A program made the translations under genes and the position numbers. From a virus (lineage: Duplodnaviria; Caudoviricetes): a stretch of 43,398 bases of DNA. The stretch covers positions 1-43,398 of IMG/VR virus record IMGVR_UViG_3300036773_000062; one strand, given 5' to 3'. Below are positions 34,604 through 42,939 of the stretch, one piece after another. Every line of letters begins with the position of its first letter. The stretch's first letter is position 1. The notes beneath the pieces were generated by a model. It worked only from the letters and a program-made list of their open reading frames with translations. It did not search any database and was not told where the DNA came from.

Positions 34604-35301
34604 GCGGCGGCGCTCACGTAGGCATCGACGAACGCGCGCCGGATCTCGGGTTCCTCATGCGCCGTGCGCAGCCGGATCCGCGAATAGCCGCCGATCGCCC
34701 GCATCGCCTGCTGGGCCTTCGGATCATCGATCGCGCCCTGGGCGGCAACGACCGTGCTCCAGGCCGCCAGTGCGTTGTCCCGTTCCGCCCTCCGTGGAGA
34801 TCGCCTTTGGCGAGCAGCCCCTCCCTTGGGAGGGGTAGGGGTGGGAATATTGGGAATGGGAGATGGGAGATGGGACTGGGAGGTTGGGTTTTGGTTGCCG
34901 TTTGGTTGCCCGTCTGGTTGGTACGGTGGTTCAACCAGCGTTCGAACAGTGGTTGAACCGTCGTTGGAACGGTGGTTCAACGACCGCTTAATGCCGGATG
35001 CTTTACCAGCGGCCCGCTGCTTTTCGATGAACTCGTGATATCCAGCCAATTCCCTGCTCGCTCGACCATTGACGAGACCAGCGGCGGTCTTATGCCAGAA
35101 TTGACTCACGATGACATCGATGGCGTCGCGCTCGGCTTTTGAGGTGGCGCGCAGCATTCGATAGAGCACCTTACCGGTGGGTAACGGCTTTTCGGTTGCG
35201 TAGAAGACCTGCATCATCAGGAAATAGGCGCCATGCTCGAGCAGCGATAGGTGCGCCGTTTTCTTCTGGTAATCGCCGATGTGGTGTTCGTAGTAATTCA
35301 C
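34600..35301 (-). CDS. YdaU / DUF1376-family replication initiator
   Basis: NYY..HIGDY...T.HLS..EHGAY..L...Y.TE.PL motif; GTG 35301; contains iteron-like repeats. Confidence 0.85.
   Translation of the reverse strand: MNYYEHHIGDYQKKTAHLSLLEHGAYFLMMQVFYATEKPLPTGKVLYRMLRATSKAERDAIDVIVSQFWHKTAAGLVNGRASRELAGYHEFIEKQRAAGKASGIKRSLNHRSNDGSTTVRTLVEPPYQPDGQPNGNQNPTSQSHLPSPIPNIPTPTPPKGGAARQRRSPRRAERDNALAAWSTVVAAQGAIDDPKAQQAMRAIGGYSRIRLRTAHEEPEIRRAFVDAYVSAAA
34923..34981. repeat. Three 13-bp iteron-like repeats with 23-bp period (putative origin)
   Basis: ACGGTGGTTCAAC at 34923, ACAGTGGTTGAAC at 34946, ACGGTGGTTCAAC at 34969. Confidence 0.7.
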
Positions 35302-35780
35302 GACGACGTGACACTCCAAAGTGCTGGCCCGCGCCGCACATTGCAGTGATGGCAGACCGCGTCGACATTCAGAGGCTTGGCGTAATCCCTATGGTCATAG
35401 ACCCTTGCGGGTGAGCGATTACAGTCGACGCAAATAATCGTGCCATCGAGATAGGGAATTTTTCTATTTGCCTTGGCGGCCGAGACCAGTCCAATCGCGC
35501 GGCGCTGCGCCTGTTGATAGTTCGCCGCCGGCTTTCTTCCCTTGGGTGCAATCAACCCAAGGCGAAGTAATGCTTCTCGCTGGAACGCGCGGCGCTCACT
35601 CTCGCCTCGACGACGGCATTCGTGGCACGGCACGCCGGGTTTAAGGCTGAACGAAGGGCCACCGCATCGCGGGCAGGCGCGCAATTGTCGTCGCCCGTAC
35701 CGGCCATCGGTCCACCGCCCCGTCGTCCAGTTATATCGCGCCACTGGTTTCGATCGGTTCCACACGGGACGCGGGCTCAT
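35298..35780 (-). CDS. Zn-finger / HNH-like protein
   Basis: CxxC...CxxC and CVDC...DHRDY.KPL.V..VC..CN motifs. Confidence 0.7.
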   Translation of the reverse strand: MSPRPVWNRSKPVARYNWTTGRWTDGRYGRRQLRACPRCGGPSFSLKPGVPCHECRRRGESERRAFQREALLRLGLIAPKGRKPAANYQQAQRRAIGLVSAAKANRKIPYLDGTIICVDCNRSPARVYDHRDYAKPLNVDAVCHHCNVRRGPALWSVTSS

Positions 35781-36004
35781 TTGCGCACCCTCCCTTTCGC
35801 GCCCTCATCAGCGGCGCCCAATCCCTCTGCTTTGAGCCTGGCGTCGATTAACGTGCCGATTGCGACGTGCTCCATGGCGAATTTATGCAGAACTTCACGG
35901 ACGATTTCGGAGCGGTCGACGCCGCGGACGCGGGATATCGCATCGAGCACGGCATCAGTTTCGACGGTGATCTTGGCCCGCAGGTCTCGGAGCTCGTCCG
36001 CCAT
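35777..36004 (-). CDS. Ribbon-helix-helix regulator (CII position)
   Basis: LR.KI......VLDAI....G.DRSEIVREVL pattern. Confidence 0.7.
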   Translation of the reverse strand: MADELRDLRAKITVETDAVLDAISRVRGVDRSEIVREVLHKFAMEHVAIGTLIDARLKAEGLGAADEGAKGRVRK

Positions 36005-36079
36005 TATGGAAATGCCTCCCGTAAATATGTCGTCTCAAAAAACGCGAGGCATCCCGATGTCATCACGGCAGGGCGTCGC

Positions 36080-36274
36080 TTAAGCGACTTCTTTTTTCAG
36101 AAGATCATCAATCGAGATGCCTGTGATCTGGGAGAGTTTTATCAAACTCTTGGCCGAGGGGGCGCTATCCCCATTCAGCCATTCCCATACCGTGGGCTGC
36201 GAAACGCCCATCAGTTCTGCGAGCTGGGTCTGCTTCATTTTTGAATCGAGGAGGAATTGTTTGAGCCTTAGCAT
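36080..36274 (-). CDS. cro: Cro-like XRE HTH regulator
   Basis: MKQTQLAELMGVSQPTVWEWLNG...PS HTH; divergent from the repressor. Confidence 0.85.
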   Translation of the reverse strand: MLRLKQFLLDSKMKQTQLAELMGVSQPTVWEWLNGDSAPSAKSLIKLSQITGISIDDLLKKEVA

Positions 36275-36281
36275 CGACGCA

Positions 36282-36323
36282 ACTATAGGCGATTCCTATT
36301 CCTCGTCAATAGGCCAAACCTAT
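36282..36323 (-). promoter_or_regulatory. PR-like sigma70 promoter with two ATAGG-N5-CCTAT operators
   Basis: Minus strand TTGACG (36309-36304), 16-bp spacer, TATAGT (36287-36282). Operators at 36285-36299 and 36309-36323. Confidence 0.85.
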
Positions 36324-36347
36324 TCCGCGCCAGAGCATAGTCATTCG

Positions 36348-36758
36348 GTGCCGAAATTACATAAAACTGGATTCTGGGATCGGCTCGTGGAAGCGCTCGA
36401 GAAGAACGGCTATAAGGAAAATCACCAGACAGTGGTTGCGAAATTGATCGGGATCAAACAGCCGTCGGTACATCTCTGGGCTAAGGGCCGGACGATGCCC
36501 AGCATGTCGAACGTCGTCGAACTCGCAACTAAGCTGCATGTGGATGCCAACTGGCTGCTCACTAATGCAAAGACGAAAAAGAAGCCGCACGATATCGACC
36601 AGGCGGCCAGCGAACTCATGGCGATGTGGCCGAAGCTTTCCGACATTACAAAAGGCCGACTGCTCGGCATCGCGAGTCAAAGTATTCAAGAAACTACACG
36701 AGGTGCCGATGATCAGACGGGCGATGATCAGGTGGAGCTTCACCCCCCAGCAAATTGA
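36348..36758 (+). CDS. CI-like repressor (XRE HTH, no S24 peptidase domain)
   Basis: QTVVAKLIGIKQPSVHLWAKG...PS....LA..L.V...WLL; GTG 36348. Confidence 0.8.
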   Translation: MPKLHKTGFWDRLVEALEKNGYKENHQTVVAKLIGIKQPSVHLWAKGRTMPSMSNVVELATKLHVDANWLLTNAKTKKKPHDIDQAASELMAMWPKLSDITKGRLLGIASQSIQETTRGADDQTGDDQVELHPPAN

Positions 36759-36817
36759 CCGGCTATTGGTCGGTTTAAATATCAGCTAGGGGAATACATT
36801 GATCGATAGGAGGGTAA

Positions 36818-37312
36818 ATGGCGCTAGTTAAATGCAGGGAATGCGGAAAACAGATCAGTTCGGATGCTGAGGCCTGTCCAAGCTGCGGGCGCAAAAAGCC
36901 CAAGGCCACCTCGACCCTCACATGGATAATCGCGGGCATCTTCGCCTTCAGTATAATCACTGCGATTTCTAACTCAGGAAAATCCGAGGATGCAGAAGCG
37001 GCGCGACTGGCCGCCATGACACCCGAACAGCGCGCAAGCGAAGCCACAGTGAAGGCCGCCACCGAGAAACGCAGCAGCGCTCAATACGCCTGCAAAGAAT
37101 TCGTCAAGCGCAGCCTCAACGATCCGGATGCTGCGCAGTTCGATGACGCCAGCGCTTATTTTACCGAGAAACAAGCGGTCGATAAATTTCGGGTCGAGGT
37201 GACGGTACGCGCCAAGAACGGTTTCAACGCTCTCCGCCACATCACGGTCAATTGCGTTACCCAGCAAACCGGCGGGAAATGGTTCCCTGTTTTTGTGAAA
37301 GAAATCACCTAA
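36818..37312 (+). CDS. Zinc-ribbon membrane protein in the immunity operon
   Basis: MALVKCRECGKQIS..A..CP.CG, a TM helix, then V.AKNGF.A. Confidence 0.8.
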   Translation: MALVKCRECGKQISSDAEACPSCGRKKPKATSTLTWIIAGIFAFSIITAISNSGKSEDAEAARLAAMTPEQRASEATVKAATEKRSSAQYACKEFVKRSLNDPDAAQFDDASAYFTEKQAVDKFRVEVTVRAKNGFNALRHITVNCVTQQTGGKWFPVFVKEIT

Positions 37313-37355
37313 AACCCAAGGTTTTCGAGCCTCGGATCACGTTTTGTCTCAAAGT

Positions 37356-37398
37356 ATAGGTTTCGCCTATTGACCTTCGTATAGGCGTCTCCTATAGT
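37356..37398 (+). promoter_or_regulatory. PL-like sigma70 promoter with two ATAGG-N5-CCTAT operators
   Basis: TTGACC (37370-37375), 17-bp spacer, TATAGT (37393-37398). Operators at 37356-37370 and 37381-37395. Confidence 0.88.
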
Positions 37399-37425
37399 CG
37401 CTCCATTCGCAAATGGAGCTGCCCA

Positions 37426-37581
37426 ATGATCCTCGACCTGCCGACCTCTGACCGCCTCGCCAAAGCCAAACAGAAACGGCTGAGCGACCGCCTCAACGCC
37501 CTCGCCCTACACGGCGATTACATCTTGTGCCCGGTGCTGATCACCGGCTTCGCGCTGTTCGTCCGCGTGCTCGTCTCATGA
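37426..37581 (+). CDS. First early gene, 51 aa with C-terminal hydrophobic segment
   Basis: Hand translation; GGAG RBS. Confidence 0.55.
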   Translation: MILDLPTSDRLAKAKQKRLSDRLNALALHGDYILCPVLITGFALFVRVLVS

Positions 37582-37724
37582 ACGCCCGCTACGCCGTGAC
37601 CATCACCTGGCTCGATGGCAACGTCACCCGCGCGACGGTGAGTCTCGCGACGCTGCGCGGCTTCAAGTTGAGCGCCTGCAAGGGCTGCGCGATCTCGATC
37701 GTGAAGGTGACGCATGGCCGGTAA
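37578..37724 (+). CDS. Small hypothetical protein
   Basis: ATGA overlap; in the frame of ORF 37527..37724. Confidence 0.5.
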   Translation: MNARYAVTITWLDGNVTRATVSLATLRGFKLSACKGCAISIVKVTHGR

Positions 37725-38157
37725 GCCTAGACACGGTCACTGCCTTAGATCTTCTCGATCTCAATCATACGAAGCGTGGCAATCCATGCTTGAGCGATGT
37801 CGGCGTGTTGAAGGCAAGAGCTATCCCAACTATGGAGGACGCGGCATCACGGTGTGCGAAAAATGGAAAACCTTCGAAGGCTTTTTCGAGGATATGGGCA
37901 ATCCACCTGGACCGCGATTGAGCCTCGATCGAAAAAACAATGATGGCAATTACTGCAAAGAGAATTGCCGATGGGCCACCGCGTCTGAACAAGGGCTGAA
38001 CACAAGGCGTTCCGCATTTGTGGAAATAAATGGCGAGCGCAAGCGCGTGAGAGATGTAGAGATATCGCTCGGCCTAGCACACGGCGCTTTGTGGCAGCGC
38101 CTTAAATTGGGCTGGTCAATCGAAAAAGCGTGTTCGACGCCAAGGATTTCACCATGA
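37714..38157 (+). CDS. HNH homing endonuclease
   Basis: W.SM..RC......Y.NYGGRGI.VC..W..F..F..DMG..P...SLDR.NN.GNY...NCRWAT..EQ..N motif. Confidence 0.9.
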   Translation: MAGKPRHGHCLRSSRSQSYEAWQSMLERCRRVEGKSYPNYGGRGITVCEKWKTFEGFFEDMGNPPGPRLSLDRKNNDGNYCKENCRWATASEQGLNTRRSAFVEINGERKRVRDVEISLGLAHGALWQRLKLGWSIEKACSTPRISP

Positions 38158-38245
38158 TCCGCCGCCGCTTCGGTCTCTCCGAGCTCGTGCTCTTGAACAT
38201 CGACTTGCTGATGTGGGGCTGGATCGTCGCGAGGAGTTTTCACTG

Positions 38246-38584
38246 ATGGCCAACACCGAACTCGAACTCAAGGGCAAGTCGCCATTTCGGCGCAACTTGT
38301 CTCTGCGGCTCAATGAATACGGTCACTTCAACGCGTCGATGCATATCCGCGCGCGCGGGTCGTATCGGATGCTTGCCTGGCTGAGTGGCGCAATCGCCGA
38401 TAGCCGCCTCGTCGAGACGGAGTTCGGCCACAACCTTTGGATCGCGCATTCAGCGCTCGATGTGAGCGCCGCCGAGGCGCAGCGGATCCGCGCGACGTTC
38501 GAGCCGCTCGGCCTTCGCATCGAGAAAGCCAAACCAGCGCCGGCGGTCGCCCAGGTCGAGGCAACGGCGGCGGTGCATTCATGA
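38246..38584 (+). CDS. Hypothetical protein
   Basis: GAGGAG RBS with ATG 38246. Confidence 0.65.
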   Translation: MANTELELKGKSPFRRNLSLRLNEYGHFNASMHIRARGSYRMLAWLSGAIADSRLVETEFGHNLWIAHSALDVSAAEAQRIRATFEPLGLRIEKAKPAPAVAQVEATAAVHS

Positions 38585-38784
38585 AGGAATATCACGTCAT
38601 CCTGCGCGACGGTGACGGCCAGCCGCTGACCGATTGGCATGCCTGGGGCGCGGCCGAGATGCGCGATTGCATCAAAACGGCGCGCGAGGACTGGGGGCAT
38701 TACCCGGTGCTGCAATTCATCGTCAAGGACGAATCCGGCACGGTCGCGATTGACCGCACGTACCGATCGAAGGTGACGGTATGA
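38581..38784 (+). CDS. Hypothetical protein
   Basis: ATGA overlaps. Confidence 0.6.
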   Translation: MKEYHVILRDGDGQPLTDWHAWGAAEMRDCIKTAREDWGHYPVLQFIVKDESGTVAIDRTYRSKVTV

Positions 38785-39080
38785 CCATGGCCATCAAATC
38801 TGCACCCGCCGAATGCAGTTTGCGCATCGTCGATACCGAGACGCGCGTCGCCCTCAAGGATGGCAAGCGCACCATCGCCTACCTCGCGATCGGCGCCGAG
38901 ACCTGGGGGCCGTTGCTTGCCGCGGCGCCCGAACTTAAGGCCTCGCTGTTCCAAACGGCCAACGCGTTGCACGCGCTGTTCCGCGATGTCATGAAGCAGA
39001 AGGATTTCCCGCCCCAAGCCGCGCTCGAGTACGGACGCATCATCGGCACTGCGCGCAAATTGCTCGAGCGTGACCTGTGA
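38781..39080 (+). CDS. Hypothetical protein (L.AAAPEL motif)
   Basis: ORF track; coupled overlaps. Confidence 0.65.
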   Translation: MTMAIKSAPAECSLRIVDTETRVALKDGKRTIAYLAIGAETWGPLLAAAPELKASLFQTANALHALFRDVMKQKDFPPQAALEYGRIIGTARKLLERDL

Positions 39081-39298
39081 GCGCCTTCAAACGCCTCGGT
39101 GTCTTCGCGACGCCTGAGCAGATCCAATCGATCAAGGCATGCGCCAGCGCACCGGTCATGTATTTGTCGGGCGGCACGCCAATGGGCGGTGACCCGGTCA
39201 AAGAAACGCACCGAGCGGCACTCGCGCAAGGATTGCCGGAGATTCCCGGCTACTACGGCATCGATCTACGTAACGGCGAATTTGTGGTGTCGGCATGA
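39077..39298 (+). CDS. Hypothetical protein (AL..GLPEI.GYYG.D...GEF)
   Basis: ORF track; coupled overlaps. Confidence 0.65.
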   Translation: MSAFKRLGVFATPEQIQSIKACASAPVMYLSGGTPMGGDPVKETHRAALAQGLPEIPGYYGIDLRNGEFVVSA

Positions 39299-39570
39299 GC
39301 CGCCTCCTCACGACCGTCCTGATCTCGGTGGGCGTCCTGGGCGCCGGCGTCTTCGCGCTCGCGGCGTACCTGATGACCGGCGCCTTTGCTTTGCTCGCGT
39401 TCGCCGGCCTCATCGGCCTAGGGATTCTGGCGGCGACCGTCGACTGGGCGTTTCGCAAGTACGTGACGCTGCGTAATAAGCGCGACCTGCGGATCCGCGA
39501 CGAGCGTCTGCGCTTGTTCAACATGAAGGCGTTCAAAGGGGCCAAGAAGACGGATCGGTTCCTGCAATGA
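39295..39570 (+). CDS. Two-TM membrane protein
   Basis: Two hydrophobic helices followed by a basic tail. Confidence 0.65.
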   Translation: MSRLLTTVLISVGVLGAGVFALAAYLMTGAFALLAFAGLIGLGILAATVDWAFRKYVTLRNKRDLRIRDERLRLFNMKAFKGAKKTDRFLQ

Positions 39571-39773
39571 CATCGCCCCTCGTCCTCTGCATCGACCGCG
39601 AGACCTATTGCGCCGCGCTCGCCGCCTTGGGTCACGTGATGAGCACCATCGAGCTGCCGCCCGACCTGCTCGCCGAGTTTGCGGCGGCCGACGCGGATTT
39701 GCGCCTCGCGATGCGGCGGGCGTTTGAGCGGGAGGGTGAGCGTGTGCCGGCGCTCTTGAGACGACAAATTTAA
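39567..39773 (+). CDS. Hypothetical protein
   Basis: ORF track; coupled overlaps. Confidence 0.55.
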   Translation: MTSPLVLCIDRETYCAALAALGHVMSTIELPPDLLAEFAAADADLRLAMRRAFEREGERVPALLRRQI

Positions 39774-39797
39774 TTTTCATTCACCGAAGGAATTTCA

Positions 39798-40661
39798 ATG
39801 GCAGCGCGCATCTTGGATGTTTCCGAAGCGGCCTATCACGCGGATCCATGCGGCTCGCCGTCGCTCTCGCAGTCGATCGCGCATACGCTGATCACGCAAT
39901 CGCCGCGCCATGCGTGGCTTGAGCATCCGCGCCTCGGCGGCCAGGCGCGCACCAGCACGAAGGCCATGGACGAGGGCGCGATCCTGCATAAGTTGCTGCT
40001 CGGCGCCGGCGCTGATTTCGAGATGGTCATCGCGGATGACTGGCGAACGAAGGCAGCGAAGGAAGCGCGGGACATCATCATCGCCGGTGGCAAGATCCCG
40101 ATCCTCGCGCATAATTTCGAGAAGCTGCAAAAGGCGGCCGAGCGCATCTACAAAAACGCCGCTGACCAGGGCTTCCCGTTCGGCGGCCGTTCGGAACTCG
40201 CCATTGAGTTCACCGACTACACCGATCAGTGGAAGCGTGACCGGGAGGTTCTGTGTCGGTGCCGCATGGACCAGGTCCGCGCCGATCATGTCATCTACGA
40301 CATCAAGAAGGTGCGCTCGGCGAATCCGAAAGACATCGCCCGCTGCATCGTCGAGTACGGGTATGACATGCAAAAGGTCGCATATACCCGCGCCTACGAG
40401 CAGCTCGTCCCGGAAGCCGAAGGCCGCAGTGATTTCGTTTTCCTCTTCTGTGAGATCGAGCCGCCCTACGAGGTCGTCGCCGCGCGGCTCGACGGATATC
40501 ACGTGGAGATAGGTCAGCGTCGCTGGAATCGCGCGCTCGCGCTCTGGGACAAACTTTTGACGGAAGGCAGTTTCCCCTGGCCGGGATACGCCGACGGCGC
40601 GATCACGCTAATACCGCCGCAATGGGTCATATCGCAAGAACTAGGAGATGAAGCCGCATGA
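39798..40661 (+). CDS. RecE / exonuclease VIII-like PD-(D/E)XK exonuclease
   Basis: YHAD....LS.S, SP.H, G...H..LL, R.D......D.K, Y..Q...Y and F.F...E..PPY...WPGY motifs. Confidence 0.88.
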   Translation: MAARILDVSEAAYHADPCGSPSLSQSIAHTLITQSPRHAWLEHPRLGGQARTSTKAMDEGAILHKLLLGAGADFEMVIADDWRTKAAKEARDIIIAGGKIPILAHNFEKLQKAAERIYKNAADQGFPFGGRSELAIEFTDYTDQWKRDREVLCRCRMDQVRADHVIYDIKKVRSANPKDIARCIVEYGYDMQKVAYTRAYEQLVPEAEGRSDFVFLFCEIEPPYEVVAARLDGYHVEIGQRRWNRALALWDKLLTEGSFPWPGYADGAITLIPPQWVISQELGDEAA

Positions 40662-41767
40662 GCGCACAACCACGCCAATTCGAAATTGCCCCCGCAGTCC
40701 GCAAGACCGTCGGCCTATTGATCGGGCTCGTTGGCCCGTCCTCGAGCGGCAAGACTTACTCCGCTCTGCGCATCGCAACCGGCATCCAGCGGATCGTCGG
40801 CGGCGATATCGATTTCATCGATACCGAAAACGGCCGCGCGCTCTACTACGCCGATAAGTTCAAGTTCAACCATATGCGCTTCGCCGCGCCGTTCTCGCCG
40901 GATGACTATCTCGAGGCGATCCGCTTTTGCGCGCGACGCGGGGCGAAGACCATCGTCATCGACTCGATGAGTCATGAGCACGAAGGCCCGGGCGGCGTGC
41001 TCGAGTGGCATGAGCGAGAGACTGAGCGCCTAGCGGCATTATGGAAGGTATCCAAGGAGAAGGCGCAGATGGCGGCGTGGAATCCGCCAAAGCAGGCGCG
41101 TCGGCGGCTCATCAACGAGATGCTGCAGCTGAATGTGAACTTGCTCATGACGTATCGCGCCAAGGAGAAGATCAAGGTGCGTCCCGGCAAGGACCCGGAA
41201 CAGCTCGGCTGGCAACCGATCTGCGGCGATGAGTTCATGTACGAGATGGTGCTACAGGCGCTGTTGCTGCCGGGGTCCGAAGGAAGGCCGACCTGGACGC
41301 CAGAGATGCCGGCGGAACGCGCCATGGTCAAACTACCGCTGCAGTTTCGGGAATTGTTCGCCAGGCCCGAGAGTTCGCAGCTCACGGAGCAAGTCGGTGA
41401 GGACCTCGCGCGCTGGGCGGCGGGTGGCGTCAAGGGCAACGCGGACGTGGATGCGCTCATCGCCGACTATGCGAAAGCGGTGGCGAGTGAGCTTGCCGCG
41501 CTCGAGGCGCGACGCGGTGCGCTGTGGAAGAAGCTGCCCGGCGCGGACAAGCAGCGCCTCAAGGAGGCCTCCGAAGCCGCGCAGCTTAGGCTCGCGCCCG
41601 CAGCGATGGTGAGCGTGGATCAGGCCACGGTGATTCACGACAAGCTGAACGAGGAGGGGATCGACGCATCGCTGTTCCTCGCCAAGTACGAGATCGGGCG
41701 CATCGAAGAGTTGCCGGCCCAACTCTACGCGGAGGCGCAGACCTGGATCGATGAGCAATCGGCGTGA
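40658..41767 (+). CDS. Sak4-like AAA ATPase / single-strand annealing recombinase
   Basis: GPSSSGKTYSAL Walker A, IDTE, VIDS.SHE..G.GG and YE motifs; coupled to the exonuclease. Confidence 0.88.
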   Translation: MSAQPRQFEIAPAVRKTVGLLIGLVGPSSSGKTYSALRIATGIQRIVGGDIDFIDTENGRALYYADKFKFNHMRFAAPFSPDDYLEAIRFCARRGAKTIVIDSMSHEHEGPGGVLEWHERETERLAALWKVSKEKAQMAAWNPPKQARRRLINEMLQLNVNLLMTYRAKEKIKVRPGKDPEQLGWQPICGDEFMYEMVLQALLLPGSEGRPTWTPEMPAERAMVKLPLQFRELFARPESSQLTEQVGEDLARWAAGGVKGNADVDALIADYAKAVASELAALEARRGALWKKLPGADKQRLKEASEAAQLRLAPAAMVSVDQATVIHDKLNEEGIDASLFLAKYEIGRIEELPAQLYAEAQTWIDEQSA

Positions 41768-41973
41768 CCCGCCGCCGCTGCACAACCGTCATGACGAAGC
41801 ACGGCCCGGTCCGGGTGCAGGCGCAAGGCAAGGTCACCGCGCGCGACATTGAGGCGATCGAGGCGGTGGCGGCTGCGCTCGCGGCGAACAAGGTCGATCC
41901 GCTCACCGTCTGCCCAGGCTGCGGCTGCTATCGAGACCGCTGCGCCTGCGATTTACGGGAGTCAAGCCCGTGA
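41764..41973 (+). CDS. Small Cys-rich protein
   Basis: GTGA overlaps. Confidence 0.55.
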   Translation: MTRRRCTTVMTKHGPVRVQAQGKVTARDIEAIEAVAAALAANKVDPLTVCPGCGCYRDRCACDLRESSP

Positions 41974-42200
41974 CCCGCGCCCAGCAAATCGCCGAACTCC
42001 TGTCAGCGCAGCGCGAGCGAGATCAGCTGCGCGTGGTGAATTCGAAGCTGCGCGACAAGCTGCTCGAGCTCGCGAAGGAGTGCTCAGGCTGCAACGGCAC
42101 CGGCGTGCACACGGTTCGTGGATTCGAGCGCCGCGGTCAAGCGCTTGAGCGTCAGGAGCCCTGCAGGGACTGTGCCGATATCCGCGCGGTGCTCGAATGA
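41970..42200 (+). CDS. Small DnaJ-type Zn-finger protein (CxxCxGxG...CxxC)
   Basis: Motif present; coupled overlaps. Confidence 0.6.
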   Translation: MTRAQQIAELLSAQRERDQLRVVNSKLRDKLLELAKECSGCNGTGVHTVRGFERRGQALERQEPCRDCADIRAVLE

Positions 42201-42394
42201 AAGACCGCATCGTTTACCGCGAGACCTACAAGAAGGGGACGACCCTGTGGGAAGGGGTGAATTTCCCACAATTACCCACCATCAAGCCCGGGCTCGATGT
42301 GACCAAGGTCGATCTCCTTGCCCAGGGGACGATGCAGATAGAGGGCGATGAGGTTCATTTCCAGGACGTCCGGATCTTCGTGGTGCCCCGATGA
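42197..42394 (+). CDS. Hypothetical protein
   Basis: ATGA overlaps. Confidence 0.55.
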   Translation: MKDRIVYRETYKKGTTLWEGVNFPQLPTIKPGLDVTKVDLLAQGTMQIEGDEVHFQDVRIFVVPR

Positions 42395-42612
42395 GCTTCG
42401 AGGACGAAGGTACGACCGAGGCTCACGAGCGCAGGATTTCCCGCTGCCGCTCGTGCCACGCCAAGATCATTTGGTTCAAAACCGAAGCCGGCAAAAACAT
42501 GCCCGTCGATGCCGATACGGTAGAGCCAGAAGACGATGAGCTCGATTTGGAGAAACACACTTCGCACTTCGCGACGTGTGAATTTGCCGATTATCACAGG
42601 AGTAAACGCTAA
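42391..42612 (+). CDS. Conserved phage Zn-finger protein (CRSC...I.W..T..GK.MPVD...SHFATC)
   Basis: Recognisable motif. Confidence 0.75.
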   Translation: MSFEDEGTTEAHERRISRCRSCHAKIIWFKTEAGKNMPVDADTVEPEDDELDLEKHTSHFATCEFADYHRSKR

Positions 42613-42939
42613 GTGAAGAATGTTCTACGTCAGGGCGATGTCTGCCTAATCGCTGTCGATGAGATCCCCCAAGGCGCCAAAAAGCATCCTTCGAAGGGTC
42701 GCAAGGTGATCCTTGCCTTGGGTGAAGCCACGGGCCACCACCATCGGTTCGAATTTCTCGACACGAGCCATAACGTCAAGCTCTACGTCGCCGAGGGTGG
42801 CGCGCGCTACGTGCATGTCACCAAGGCCGCGGAGCTTTTGCACGAAGAACACTCGACGGTCAAGGTGCCTCAGGGCAAGTACTTGCTCCCTCGGCAGGTC
42901 GAGTACACGCCCGCGGAACTTCGCCAGGTCCAGGACTGA
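42613..42939 (+). CDS. His-rich conserved protein (RQGDV...GEATGHHH...HEEH...RQ.EY), partner of DUF6745 genes
   Basis: Motifs present; TGATG coupling to the downstream gene. Confidence 0.8.
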   Translation: MKNVLRQGDVCLIAVDEIPQGAKKHPSKGRKVILALGEATGHHHRFEFLDTSHNVKLYVAEGGARYVHVTKAAELLHEEHSTVKVPQGKYLLPRQVEYTPAELRQVQD

